Below are positions 55,517 to 63,365 of a stretch of 64,000 nucleotides of DNA, one piece after another. Under the pieces are notes generated by a model. That model was not told where the DNA came from and searched no databases. It saw only the letters and a program-made list of their open reading frames with translations. The translations under genes and the position numbers were made by a program. The DNA is from a virus, in IMG/VR virus record IMGVR_UViG_3300046820_000297, positions 7,834-71,833 of that record. The stretch is one strand, 5' to 3'. Position 1 is the stretch's first letter. Every line of letters begins with the position of its first letter.

Positions 55517-55856
55517 ATATACAGGTTTCGATAGCTCGGGAGAGTTCTTCTTTGCTGCAATTAGCAAAAGACTTATGATCATCTCCCTCTATCAAACCAC
55601 ACTCTTCTTTTACATACATCTTCATTTCATCTAGAGTATTACCACTATACTCAGCTAGTTCTCTGATACATTTATGAAGCTTGCTCAACTGTGCATAACT
55701 TCCGTTATCATGAACTATCTCATAGGTAATTGTAACTTTAGATCCTTCAGGTACTTGTTGAAGAAACAAGTCTAACTTAGTCTGTGATATTTTATCAAAA
55801 CTAAGAGACTTATTCTCCTTTGTCGCTTTTACGCTTACGGGTAACAGGTTTGCCAT
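55482..55856 (-). CDS. Hypothetical protein (NinB/DUF1367-like features)
   Basis: SYAQLSKLHKCIRELAEYSG...KSFANCSKEELS; weak resemblance only. Confidence 0.45.
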   Translation of the reverse strand: MANLLPVSVKATKENKSLSFDKISQTKLDLFLQQVPEGSKVTITYEIVHDNGSYAQLSKLHKCIRELAEYSGNTLDEMKMYVKEECGLIEGDDHKSFANCSKEELSRAIETCISIGEKIGFPLY

Positions 55857-56088
55857 TGTACGATGTTCTAGGTTGACCTTTATCTTTTCTTGGTTTTCTC
55901 TTAAGTTTAGCTAACGCTTGTCTCAAATGATTTGCTTCAAGAAAAACATTAGTATACTTATGCATAAGTGCATCATAATCTTGTTCTAGTTCATCAAACT
56001 GATCTTGATAACGATTAGCTCTAATACCAAGAGTAATTGCTGCTGCAGCAGATACTACCACCATAGCTCCTAAAATAATCTCTGTCAT
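55810..56088 (-). CDS. Membrane-anchored coiled-coil protein with a basic tail
   Basis: N-terminal TM, coiled coil and RKPRKDKG tail. Confidence 0.55.
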   Translation of the reverse strand: MTEIILGAMVVVSAAAAITLGIRANRYQDQFDELEQDYDALMHKYTNVFLEANHLRQALAKLKRKPRKDKGQPRTSYNGKPVTRKRKSDKGE

Positions 56089-56408
56089 TTTTTACTGTAT
56101 TTATTTTGTTTAAAATCTTTTATGATTGCTGTAATCTCAGGTAAGTCCATTAAAGGAAGTGTACTTACCTCTTCACCAAACTCTGTGATTGCTCTAACAA
56201 AGTCAGTCATATCTAGACCAGGGGTCTCCCAAAAAGCATTGAATAAATGACCATGTTCTTTGAGGATTGTATCCACAAAGTTCTTCATGGTCATCTTAGT
56301 CTTATGTCTATTAAACCACTTAATACTCTCAGTATTATCACATGCATGAATGCATACCTCTAAATGCATCATAAGATGCACTACTCTCAGCTTTTCTTCT
56401 TCAGTCAT
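56085..56408 (-). CDS. Hypothetical protein (107 aa)
   Basis: Intact ORF in a tightly packed - strand array. Confidence 0.6.
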   Translation of the reverse strand: MTEEEKLRVVHLMMHLEVCIHACDNTESIKWFNRHKTKMTMKNFVDTILKEHGHLFNAFWETPGLDMTDFVRAITEFGEEVSTLPLMDLPEITAIIKDFKQNKYSKK

Positions 56409-56409
56409 A

Positions 56410-56613
56410 TTAGTCTTGTTCTCTTATTTTATCACCCAATTGTGCAAATAGTAGTACAATGAGTGCAAATATAATAACAATTATTAGGAATGGGAATATC
56501 CACCATAAAGGTAAAGTTATCCACCACCATGACCAATCAATAACACCTGAAAGTTTCAGTGTTAATAGTACTATAAATACTATAGCACTTAAAGACAAAC
56601 CATTATTTTCCAT
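56410..56613 (-). CDS. Small membrane protein with LKL.G.I.WSWWW..PLW motif
   Basis: Highly hydrophobic; the motif recurs in small phage membrane proteins. Confidence 0.65.
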   Translation of the reverse strand: MENNGLSLSAIVFIVLLTLKLSGVIDWSWWWITLPLWWIFPFLIIVIIFALIVLLFAQLGDKIREQD

Positions 56614-56848
56614 ATTTTCTTGCGAATTTATTCATTTGATACCATTGATGAAAGTTTTTTTCTGGATGACCACGCTCACTATTAACACCTTCTACAAAAC
56701 CATTGTTCCATGCATTTTGTAAATCAGTTTTGTCATAACAGATATGTTCTTTAAGTATATCTATCTCAGCGTTTTTTAATAGCATTTGGTAATAGAAGTA
56801 AGTGAACAATGCTAGTCCACTAACTATTAATAAAATGATTATCAACAT
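56603..56848 (-). CDS. Small membrane-anchored protein
   Basis: N-terminal TM segment. Confidence 0.55.
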   Translation of the reverse strand: MLIIILLIVSGLALFTYFYYQMLLKNAEIDILKEHICYDKTDLQNAWNNGFVEGVNSERGHPEKNFHQWYQMNKFARKYGK

Positions 56849-57480
56849 AATTTAAAAGCTTTAATTGTGTGTTCAAAAGGGTTACCTTCTATGTTCTTTA
56901 CAAGATCTAACATCTGTTGTGCTAACTCTCGGACTTCAACTTGAGCATGCTCACTGTTGCGTAGTCCTTGGAAGTGTGCAAAACTTCTCCAGTTAAACAT
57001 AACATCCATAGTAATTTGAGAATTAAAAGTCTTAAAGAATCTTGCTGATTCCTTAGCACGCTTACGTCCTAGTTTAGGAGTAAGTATTTCTAAGAACTTA
57101 TGATAATACTCATTAGCTTCATTAGTAAAATCAATCAGGTCTTGTTGTAAGGTATCTTCCCAGTCTTTAGGAATATACATCTTATCTTCTTTCAGTTCCT
57201 TATATCTAGCAGACTCACCATTAATACTTACACCTATACGGTGTTTCAGTAAATGAATATGTGTTGCTTGATCTACAGTAACCAAGAAGTGCAGACTACT
57301 CTTCTCAAATGGTGTATGATGTCCTTCTGATGCTAACATATCTAGCAACTTAGGGATTCTATTAACCTTTTCTTCTGTTAAATCTCTACTTGTACTAGTC
57401 CATGCAGAACTTGCATGTACGGTATCATCTCCGTAGAATCCGAGGAGCTCAACTTTATTCTTATGCATATTGACAAACAT
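56842..57480 (-). CDS. thyX: Flavin-dependent thymidylate synthase
   Basis: GHHTPFE, HLLKHR...S...SARY (RHRx7S variant), NWRS and HAQVEVRELA motifs. Confidence 0.88.
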   Translation of the reverse strand: MFVNMHKNKVELLGFYGDDTVHASSAWTSTSRDLTEEKVNRIPKLLDMLASEGHHTPFEKSSLHFLVTVDQATHIHLLKHRIGVSINGESARYKELKEDKMYIPKDWEDTLQQDLIDFTNEANEYYHKFLEILTPKLGRKRAKESARFFKTFNSQITMDVMFNWRSFAHFQGLRNSEHAQVEVRELAQQMLDLVKNIEGNPFEHTIKAFKLC

Positions 57481-57805
57481 TATAAATAGATCTTAAATTA
57501 TCTTTCTTACGTACAAAATCTATGAGTAAGTATAACCACTCAATCTCATCATAATCTATACGCTTCTTTTCACGAGGTTTAAACTTATACTTAAATCCAT
57601 TACCGTCATTCTCAAGACTGACTAGTAGTTCACCTTTAGCTTCCTCAGACCATGTAGAACCCATACTTCTCCATAGTTGGTATAATATTCCATTGTCTGT
57701 ATCAGCTTCTGTGATTACATATTCTATATCTTGTTGTAGAGCATCAATTACATAATAGTTTTTCATTTTCCTTTTCCGTTTAATATGTCTTTTAGTTCTT
57801 TCCAT
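57461..57805 (-). CDS. Hypothetical protein
   Basis: Intact ORF; the true start is probably MKNYY. Confidence 0.55.
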   Translation of the reverse strand: MERTKRHIKRKRKMKNYYVIDALQQDIEYVITEADTDNGILYQLWRSMGSTWSEEAKGELLVSLENDGNGFKYKFKPREKKRIDYDEIEWLYLLIDFVRKKDNLRSIYNVCQYA

Positions 57806-58014
57806 ATACCATTAACTTTCTCACCCCAGAAATACTCACAGGTGAACTCACCATCTTCTGTTTTACCGGGTACATCTAAAAAATATGATTGCATCATACC
57901 ATCTTTAGCAGTGTATCTATAACACGATTCTTTTACAGGACAGTTAGTCCCCTTACATTTACTTATATCAGCCATAGTTTTTAATTTTAAAATATATAAC
58001 GTATTGTGCACCAA
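57763..58014 (-). CDS. Small Cys-rich protein (DISKC.G..CP...CYR)
   Basis: Four cysteines; the true start is probably MADISKC at 57975. Confidence 0.6.
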   Translation of the reverse strand: MVHNTLYILKLKTMADISKCKGTNCPVKESCYRYTAKDGMMQSYFLDVPGKTEDGEFTCEYFWGEKVNGIWKELKDILNGKGK

Positions 58015-58871
58015 GGAATTAACACACTGTGTAGTGACTTGAACTCATGTATATACTGTGCTTTTAGTTCACGTTTATACCGGATATTCTCACCACCATA
58101 CTGTGATATCTTAGCTTCTTGTAACTCAGGAACCCATAGCAGGTCCTCACCGGGAAGATCATTCTCTACATTAAAGAGATGTTTCTTCTCATTATGTGTA
58201 AGGAATATAACTTCACACTTCATCTGTTCTTTTACCAATGGAGAAACCCTCTCATCTATCATCATAAATAGATCCCGGTACTCTTCTAACCAACCGTCAG
58301 TCACTATAACAGGACTGAAGTTTAGATGTACTTCATAACCATCTAGTATTAAATTAGAAATCTGATCAAGTCTACCTTCTATAATAGGAGTATTAGGTTC
58401 TAGTATAGCAGCATATTTCTGCGGCATCAGACTAACACGAAGTCTAATCTTATTATTAAGAAAAGCTAATTTATTAGGAAATAAATCCGGCATCAGATGT
58501 TTAGTAGCAAAAGATGCTTTAGCACGGGGATGTAACTTAAAGAAGTCAAAGATTTCTACTAGAGGTAACTGTCTAGCATGCAGTCCTATATCTACATTAC
58601 AACCAATATCATAAGTAATATACTTATCATCTGTTTGATTAGGTTTCTCGTCAGTAGCAAACCATGCATGATGGTCTATAGCTGTGAGAATGTCATTTAC
58701 ATTTTTATAAAATACTACACCTTCTGTTACGTGTCTCTTACAATAACAGTAACTACAGTTATATCCGCACCCAAATGCAAAACTCGGGGTAATATAATCA
58801 GTACTACGTCCAGAAGGTTTAATCTCCATACTCTGTAAAGAAGCATGCTTGATTAGTTTTTCTGTACTCAA
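57987..58871 (-). CDS. splB: Spore photoproduct lyase-like radical SAM protein
   Basis: GCGYNCSYCY (CxxxCxxC), YDIGCNVD, FATK, RLRVSL, LEPNT and NFSPVI motifs. Confidence 0.8.
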   Translation of the reverse strand: MSTEKLIKHASLQSMEIKPSGRSTDYITPSFAFGCGYNCSYCYCKRHVTEGVVFYKNVNDILTAIDHHAWFATDEKPNQTDDKYITYDIGCNVDIGLHARQLPLVEIFDFFKLHPRAKASFATKHLMPDLFPNKLAFLNNKIRLRVSLMPQKYAAILEPNTPIIEGRLDQISNLILDGYEVHLNFSPVIVTDGWLEEYRDLFMMIDERVSPLVKEQMKCEVIFLTHNEKKHLFNVENDLPGEDLLWVPELQEAKISQYGGENIRYKRELKAQYIHEFKSLHSVLIPWCTIRYIF

Positions 58872-58883
58872 CTAAGTAATGTT

Positions 58884-59093
58884 TTAGTCTTCTGAATTTG
58901 TTTTCAAATCCATTATTCTGTCAAAAAGAATATCAGCATATACTTTCATTGCATTATACTGTTCTTCAAGTAGCTCTTGTTGCTTTGCAGATATAGTAAG
59001 AAACTCATCTGATAGGATAAAGTTATCTAGTTTATAGATCTTCTCATCAAGATCTGCATGCTCTTCATAGAGCTTGTCAATTAAATCATTCAT
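58884..59093 (-). CDS. crAss001_48-like small coiled-coil protein
   Basis: E..DLDEKIYKL.NFI...LL..Q..AM..Y..IL..RI pattern. Confidence 0.65.
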   Translation of the reverse strand: MNDLIDKLYEEHADLDEKIYKLDNFILSDEFLTISAKQQELLEEQYNAMKVYADILFDRIMDLKTNSED

Positions 59094-59113
59094 ATTTTTT
59101 GTTTTTAAGTTTG

Positions 59114-59205
59114 CAGCACAGACAGGATTCGAACCTGTAGTGTGGTTTTAGAACTTTGCACGGGTCTTCCCACATTAGTAACGGATACCATTCCGCCACT
59201 GTGCT
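59114..59205 (-). ncRNA. tRNA-like element 1 (non-canonical anticodon region)
   Basis: Acceptor stem AGCACAG/CTGTGCT, D-arm GCGGA-ATGGTA-TCCGT and a perfect T-arm ACAGG-TTCGAAT-CCTGT. The middle is an offset TGTGG/CCACA stem rather than a 5-bp/7-nt anticodon arm. Confidence 0.65.
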
Positions 59206-59210
59206 ATGTT

Positions 59211-59312
59211 TTAGTTTAACTGTCCTAAGATATATCCCAATAACGTCCACCATAATATGCACGCAATTGTAAATCCTAATAGAAACCCGTCTATAAATTT
59301 TTTATCTTTCAT
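59211..59312 (-). CDS. 33-aa single-TM peptide (not in ORF track)
   Basis: MKDKKFIDGFLLGFTIACILWWTLLGYILGQLN* lies between the two tRNA-like elements and has an A-rich leader. Confidence 0.55.
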   Translation of the reverse strand: MKDKKFIDGFLLGFTIACILWWTLLGYILGQLN

Positions 59313-59326
59313 AACTTTAATTTTAG

Positions 59327-59393
59327 TAGTCAGGACAGGATATGATTCTGTAACTTAGCCTATCGACTCTGCTTTACATTAAGCTACCTGACT
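59327..59393 (-). ncRNA. tRNA-like element 2 (short, degenerate)
   Basis: Acceptor AGTCAGG/CCTGACT, D-arm GCTT-AATGTA-AAGC, a mini-arm AGTC-GATA-GGCT and a degenerate T-arm ACAGA-ATCATAT-CCTGT. Confidence 0.55.
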
Positions 59394-59399
59394 ATGTTT

Positions 59400-59487
59400 G
59401 AGGATGAGAAGTCCTCTGTGTTGTGTAGATTGTATTTGGTGTATCTACATTTCATGGAACAATTTCCTTTCTCAAGGGAACAACACA
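59400..59487 (-). ncRNA. Structured RNA with putative kissing loops
   Basis: Stem TGTGTTG/CAACACA encloses hairpins TTCC-CTTGAGAAA-GGAA and TGTAGAT/ATCTACA, followed by GAGGA-CTTCTCA-TCCTC. The loops TGAGAA and TTCTCA are complementary. Confidence 0.55.
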
Positions 59488-59612
59488 TTTTGCCTTTTTA
59501 AACGACGTCGAGAAAGCTAACTCTATCTCCTATACGATGAGAACAGTAATTTGAGCTTGTGTCAGAGGCTTCCTGTGTTTTACGATCCACTCGCGAGCGT
59601 GGCTAATAAGTT

Positions 59613-59717
59613 GCAATACAGAACCCGGTACTATACGTCACTCCGGTTATGTACACTGACGGAGAGTATTTCTCAACCGGGGATGTTAGGAGCTACCTAA
59701 CAGTCTATCTGTATTGC
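59613..59717 (-). ncRNA. Multi-stem structured RNA downstream of groES
   Basis: A 10-bp closing stem GCAATACAGA/TCTGTATTGC encloses TGTTAGG/CCTAACA, CCCGGT/ACCGGG and CTCCG/CGGAG stems. Confidence 0.5.
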
Positions 59718-59723
59718 GGATTA

Positions 59724-60029
59724 TTACCAAACAATAATTACCATCTGCTCAGGTACTACGAAATAGAGTTTACCTTCTATTTCAATAACCTCACAGTTAG
59801 TAATACCCATACCAGTATAAACCATATCACCAACTTTAATGCTGGTAACATCAGTTCCTACTGCTGCAACAGGTAACTTGTTTAATGTTTTTACAAACTC
59901 GATAGCTGCTTCTTGTTCAGCTTCAGGAGTTAATTCGATTAAAGACTTTGGTCTTTCTGGTCTCTCGACTAAGATGCGTTTACCGCGTAGTTCTTTGAAC
60001 ATAATTATTGGTTTTGCACAAATATACAA
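59724..60029 (-). CDS. groES: GroES-like co-chaperonin
   Basis: LRGKRILVE...VAAVG...IKVGDMVY...IEGKLYFVV; the true start is probably MFKELRG at 60002. Confidence 0.75.
   Translation of the reverse strand: MYICAKPIIMFKELRGKRILVERPERPKSLIELTPEAEQEAAIEFVKTLNKLPVAAVGTDVTSIKVGDMVYTGMGITNCEVIEIEGKLYFVVPEQMVIIVW
60019..60026 (-). promoter_or_regulatory. Bacteroidota-type -7 promoter element upstream of groES
   Basis: Minus-strand TATATTTG(TGC) about 17 nt before the ATG at 60002. Confidence 0.5.
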
Positions 60030-60038
60030 ACTAATGTA

Positions 60039-60344
60039 CTATAGAACAAGTGCTATTTCTTCTGATACTACAGTTTCTTCTGTGGATTCTGACTCTTCTA
60101 TCTCCCGGAATCTCCACGCAGCAAATCTAGGTTCTATATACCTATTCCATTTAGTAAGATAAACCATAGGGTTCCTTACTTCTTCTAATAACACACCGTC
60201 TACAAGACCATCATTATCATCAAACTCACGAATAGTGTACTTAGCATCTAGTTTTACCCAGTTAGGACAATACTTAGGTTGCCATTCAGCAACTTCAGGT
60301 CTCATAGAATCATCTACACATACTACTCTAGTACCAGGTTTCAT
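60039..60344 (-). CDS. Hypothetical protein (101 aa)
   Basis: MKPGTRVVCVDD...YTIRE...GVLLEEV.N...F...RFR; intact and coupled ORF. Confidence 0.6.
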   Translation of the reverse strand: MKPGTRVVCVDDSMRPEVAEWQPKYCPNWVKLDAKYTIREFDDNDGLVDGVLLEEVRNPMVYLTKWNRYIEPRFAAWRFREIEESESTEETVVSEEIALVL

Positions 60345-60556
60345 AGGTTATTTATTTCTTGTTTTACTTCCTCCCAATATGAAACTTTACTTAGCTCATC
60401 AGCTTGTGATGAATACTCTATGGTGTTTAGTATCTCATCAACCGCTAGCAATGCACATTGTTTAGCATTCATTTTTTTCATATTGTCAGTTAAAAATGAC
60501 ATTATTGTATCAAAGTATTTACTTACTAACTCTTCTGCTTTTTCTTTTGGTGTCAT
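60341..60556 (-). CDS. Hypothetical phage protein (MTPKEKA.EL family)
   Basis: MTPKEKAEELV...AKQCALLAVDEI...YWEEVKQEI. Confidence 0.65.
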   Translation of the reverse strand: MTPKEKAEELVSKYFDTIMSFLTDNMKKMNAKQCALLAVDEILNTIEYSSQADELSKVSYWEEVKQEINNL

Positions 60557-60873
60557 AGATGATCATTTAATTTTCTATACTTTCTGATTAGTTTAAATGT
60601 AACATCCATACTATTCCAGTTAAGATGTGGTTCTTCACCTGCTTTTACTCCGTGGTATGCTATACAATAACCATGATTAGCATTATACCAGTCTTCACGT
60701 TTAATCCGGATACCATTAACTTTATCTAGATATATCCAAGGAACATTACTGGCAAGTTCTATTTGTATACCTATCTTCTTAAGACGTTCTACAAACACGG
60801 TAATCTCATTCATCTTGACCTCCGTATGTTTTGTTGTACCATTTATGAAAATTAAAATACCCTCGATTATCAA
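60553..60873 (-). CDS. Hypothetical protein
   Basis: RLKKIGIQIEL..NVPWIYLDKVNG; the true start is probably MNEITV. Confidence 0.6.
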   Translation of the reverse strand: MIIEGILIFINGTTKHTEVKMNEITVFVERLKKIGIQIELASNVPWIYLDKVNGIRIKREDWYNANHGYCIAYHGVKAGEEPHLNWNSMDVTFKLIRKYRKLNDHL

Positions 60874-61054
60874 TCATATCTGCTTTTGATATAGCATTTG
60901 AAATTGCCTTCTCCATCTGCTCTCGTTCCATTTTTAGTGCCTCTTGTTTAATTTCATCAAAGATTCTTTGCTCTGACTTATTAAAATTATTACCTAATTG
61001 CATTTCAGTTTCTAATTCTTGAAGAAACCATTTTAATGCTGTTTGTTTACTCAT
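60806..61054 (-). CDS. Hypothetical phage protein (KQTA..W family)
   Basis: MSKQTALKW...ALKMEREQM...YNKTYG. Confidence 0.6.
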   Translation of the reverse strand: MSKQTALKWFLQELETEMQLGNNFNKSEQRIFDEIKQEALKMEREQMEKAISNAISKADMIDNRGYFNFHKWYNKTYGGQDE

Positions 61055-61719
61055 AAGTTTAAGTATTTCCCCACAAGTTCTATATGACCTTGCGAGTTGG
61101 TTATTGTTTTAGGTAAAACACATCCGCAATTATGTCCAGATGAATCCATAAAACATCCATTGTTGTTATTTCCATTACAATCAACTTCTATCTCACACTC
61201 AAAATGATTAGGTCTTGATGGTTGTTGGAGAGATTGCACCATTTTTATTAGTTCACGTCTAACCCCATGTAATGGGTCTCCTGCAATAGCCATGTGACCT
61301 TTATACACTCTACCTTCTTGAAAGTATTTAGCAGCAGTTTTATGCAGCAAGTGAACAACATCCTCCTCAGTATACTTGTACTTCTCCTTTGCTTTGTTGT
61401 AGCCTTTTTTGAAGGCAAGTTTTCTAATCAAAGATTCTATATCATCCCAATCATCACCTATTGGGTATTCTTCTTTAGCCAACTCCTCAACATCATCTTC
61501 TTTTGGCAAAGGTGGAAGCAATGGCACTCCTTCAAGGATAGGCGCATCATCAGTCAATGGTAAATGTCCAATAACTGTTTTAGCAATAGAACTTTCTCCA
61601 TACTCTGCACCTCCCGTATGTTTTAGTTGATGTATGTAAGTATCATAGTAAACCTTAGTAGGTATCTCATCACTTAGGATAAGAGCATATTTGTCTGTGT
61701 AAACGATTTCTTTTTTCAT
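61051..61719 (-). CDS. Hypothetical protein (222 aa)
   Basis: Intact ORF with 4-nt overlaps at both ends and a Cys cluster near the C-terminus. Confidence 0.6.
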   Translation of the reverse strand: MKKEIVYTDKYALILSDEIPTKVYYDTYIHQLKHTGGAEYGESSIAKTVIGHLPLTDDAPILEGVPLLPPLPKEDDVEELAKEEYPIGDDWDDIESLIRKLAFKKGYNKAKEKYKYTEEDVVHLLHKTAAKYFQEGRVYKGHMAIAGDPLHGVRRELIKMVQSLQQPSRPNHFECEIEVDCNGNNNNGCFMDSSGHNCGCVLPKTITNSQGHIELVGKYLNL

Positions 61720-62123
61720 AGGTCGTAAAGATTAATTGTTGCTATTAGTTTGCCTTCAATAAAATTAGAAGCGTTTATTGCTTTTTCTTTAGTATGATAA
61801 TGTGCATTTACAACTCTTCTTGTTCCATCTTCTGTTTGGATTATCATAATCCAAACTTCTCTAACCTCTTCTTCGTATTGGAGCTGAAGGTCGTATTGAC
61901 TTATTCCTCCTGAGTAAAAATGAATACCATATACATTGTACGATGCTATGGAACCTCTAATTATACAACGTAAGCACATATCTTCAGTAGTATCAAATTT
62001 AGTAAGTTGAGTTACTTCATCACCATCACGAGTTACAACCTTGTACTTATCTCGGTTGTTGTTGTACTCTTCCCAATCAAATGGGATAGTTTTTGTCTGT
62101 TTCATTTTGCTGTTGTTTTTCAA
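61716..62123 (-). CDS. Hypothetical protein (PFD...KVVTRDG)
   Basis: Intact ORF in the small-gene array. Confidence 0.6.
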   Translation of the reverse strand: MKNNSKMKQTKTIPFDWEEYNNNRDKYKVVTRDGDEVTQLTKFDTTEDMCLRCIIRGSIASYNVYGIHFYSGGISQYDLQLQYEEEVREVWIMIIQTEDGTRRVVNAHYHTKEKAINASNFIEGKLIATINLYDL

Positions 62124-62322
62124 GTTCTTTTAATAGTGCATCTGCCATTTTTACTGCAGCATTAGCAATAAGATCTAACTGATAATTCCATGATTGCGCT
62201 TGAGTAACCATTCCTTGCATTGCTAACCCTGCAAAGTATTCACGTTTAGTTAGACCTTTAAAGTTACCTTCACTATATTCATCATTGTTAAAACTGTGAA
62301 TTAAGTTGTTTCCGTTTTCCAT
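62077..62322 (-). CDS. Hypothetical phage protein (GLTKREYFA..AMQG family)
   Basis: GLTKREYFAGLAMQG...AVKMADALL. Confidence 0.65.
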   Translation of the reverse strand: MENGNNLIHSFNNDEYSEGNFKGLTKREYFAGLAMQGMVTQAQSWNYQLDLIANAAVKMADALLKELEKQQQNETDKNYPI

Positions 62323-62324
62323 AG

Positions 62325-62693
62325 TTATTTAGTTTTAACAATCTCTATAAGCTTTTTCAAGCAAGCTAATTCTGCTTCTTCGTAGGTTTCACTAAAAACT
62401 GTAGCTTTAGGTTTATGTACTCCTAATAACCATAAATCTGTTCCCCAATTACTGTCATGAGTTCTAAAAACAGAAATATAATACCCATACTTCTCTCTAA
62501 CCCATCTGAATGCTTGGGAGTAGGTTGGTGCTGAACAATTCCAAGTATCTTCTTTACTATTAGTATAATATTGTTTAATACTCATAACTGTAAGTCCAAA
62601 CACTCTTTTTTCATCATAGCAACCAAAACAAGGTTCATCAAACCCAAGTTGCTTTAACTCTAAAGCTAACTCGTAGGGGATAAAGTCTTTCAT
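62325..62693 (-). CDS. Hypothetical phage protein
   Basis: FIPYELALELKQLGFDEPC...APTYSQAFRW...TYEEAELACL. Confidence 0.65.
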   Translation of the reverse strand: MKDFIPYELALELKQLGFDEPCFGCYDEKRVFGLTVMSIKQYYTNSKEDTWNCSAPTYSQAFRWVREKYGYYISVFRTHDSNWGTDLWLLGVHKPKATVFSETYEEAELACLKKLIEIVKTK

Positions 62694-62695
62694 AG

Positions 62696-62989
62696 TTATT
62701 CTTCTAATTCTTGTTGAGGTTTAAGTACACGGAGACCCCACATAAGGTCTATCCATTGCATCTTTCTATGTGCATTGACAGCAGTAAGTTTAAGTTCTTT
62801 CTTTAGATAGTCAGAACCCCAGTTGAACCAGTCATCACGTTGTTTCTCAGACATGGTGTATCTAGACCACCATCCGTCTCCTTCTTTAAGGATAGCTTCA
62901 AAGGTTATATCAGGATAACCAGCAATAAGGAACATAGTCTCTATTAGTGTGCGGACTACTTCATCTTCAGATTTCTTTTTATTTTTCAT
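62696..62989 (-). CDS. Hypothetical Trp-rich protein (97 aa)
   Basis: Intact ORF downstream of a hairpin. Confidence 0.6.
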   Translation of the reverse strand: MKNKKKSEDEVVRTLIETMFLIAGYPDITFEAILKEGDGWWSRYTMSEKQRDDWFNWGSDYLKKELKLTAVNAHRKMQWIDLMWGLRVLKPQQELEE

Positions 62990-63008
62990 AAAATTAGGTA
63001 TTAAACCA

Positions 63009-63034
63009 CAAAAGGGAGATCACTCTCCCCTTTG
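63009..63034. terminator. Intrinsic terminator-like hairpin
   Basis: CAAAAGGGAGA-TCAC-TCTCCCCTTTG, downstream of clpS. Confidence 0.6.
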
Positions 63035-63083
63035 CAGTAACAAAACAAATAACAATCAAAAAACAAGTAACAGACAAATATAA

Positions 63084-63365
63084 TCATAATACTTCAACTG
63101 TCAAATGTTCTTCGGATAATTTTTTAGCACGCTCGATCATGTCTTCTTTGCTACCATGTTTAACAGCACACTTACCTTTGTAGTGTACAATAGTAGCGCA
63201 TTGTTCTGCTTGTTGAAATCCATGATCACAAAATGCTATTAAGCACATTATCACATGCTCAAATGAATTTACATGATCATTATACAAGATGATCTTACTT
63301 TCTTCATCTTGATTGATTTGTACTTCCTCCGATACTTCTGTTTCAGTAGTCGTCATCATAATCAT
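63084..63365 (-). CDS. clpS: ClpS-like N-end-rule adaptor
   Basis: IILYNDHVNSFEHVI.CL..FC.H...QAEQCA.IVHYKGKC.VK.GS matches the ClpS core. Confidence 0.85.
   Translation of the reverse strand: MIMMTTTETEVSEEVQINQDEESKIILYNDHVNSFEHVIMCLIAFCDHGFQQAEQCATIVHYKGKCAVKHGSKEDMIERAKKLSEEHLTVEVL

Noticed and set aside
59114-59205. Canonical tRNA-Leu/Ser/Cys gene
   Set aside because: The T-arm and acceptor are good, but no 5-bp stem/7-nt loop anticodon arm sits at the expected position, so it is reported as tRNA-like instead.
59555-59606. c-di-GMP-I riboswitch-like string (CCAC...GTGGATCGTAAAACACAGG, minus strand)
   Set aside because: The resemblance is partial: there is no GNRA tetraloop/receptor, no complete second stem and no directly downstream CDS.
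59400-59717. Hammerhead, twister or HDV-like (theta) ribozyme assignment
   Set aside because: No CUGANGA/GAAA core or other diagnostic catalytic motif is recognisable, and the elements lie 5' rather than 3' of the tRNA-like units.
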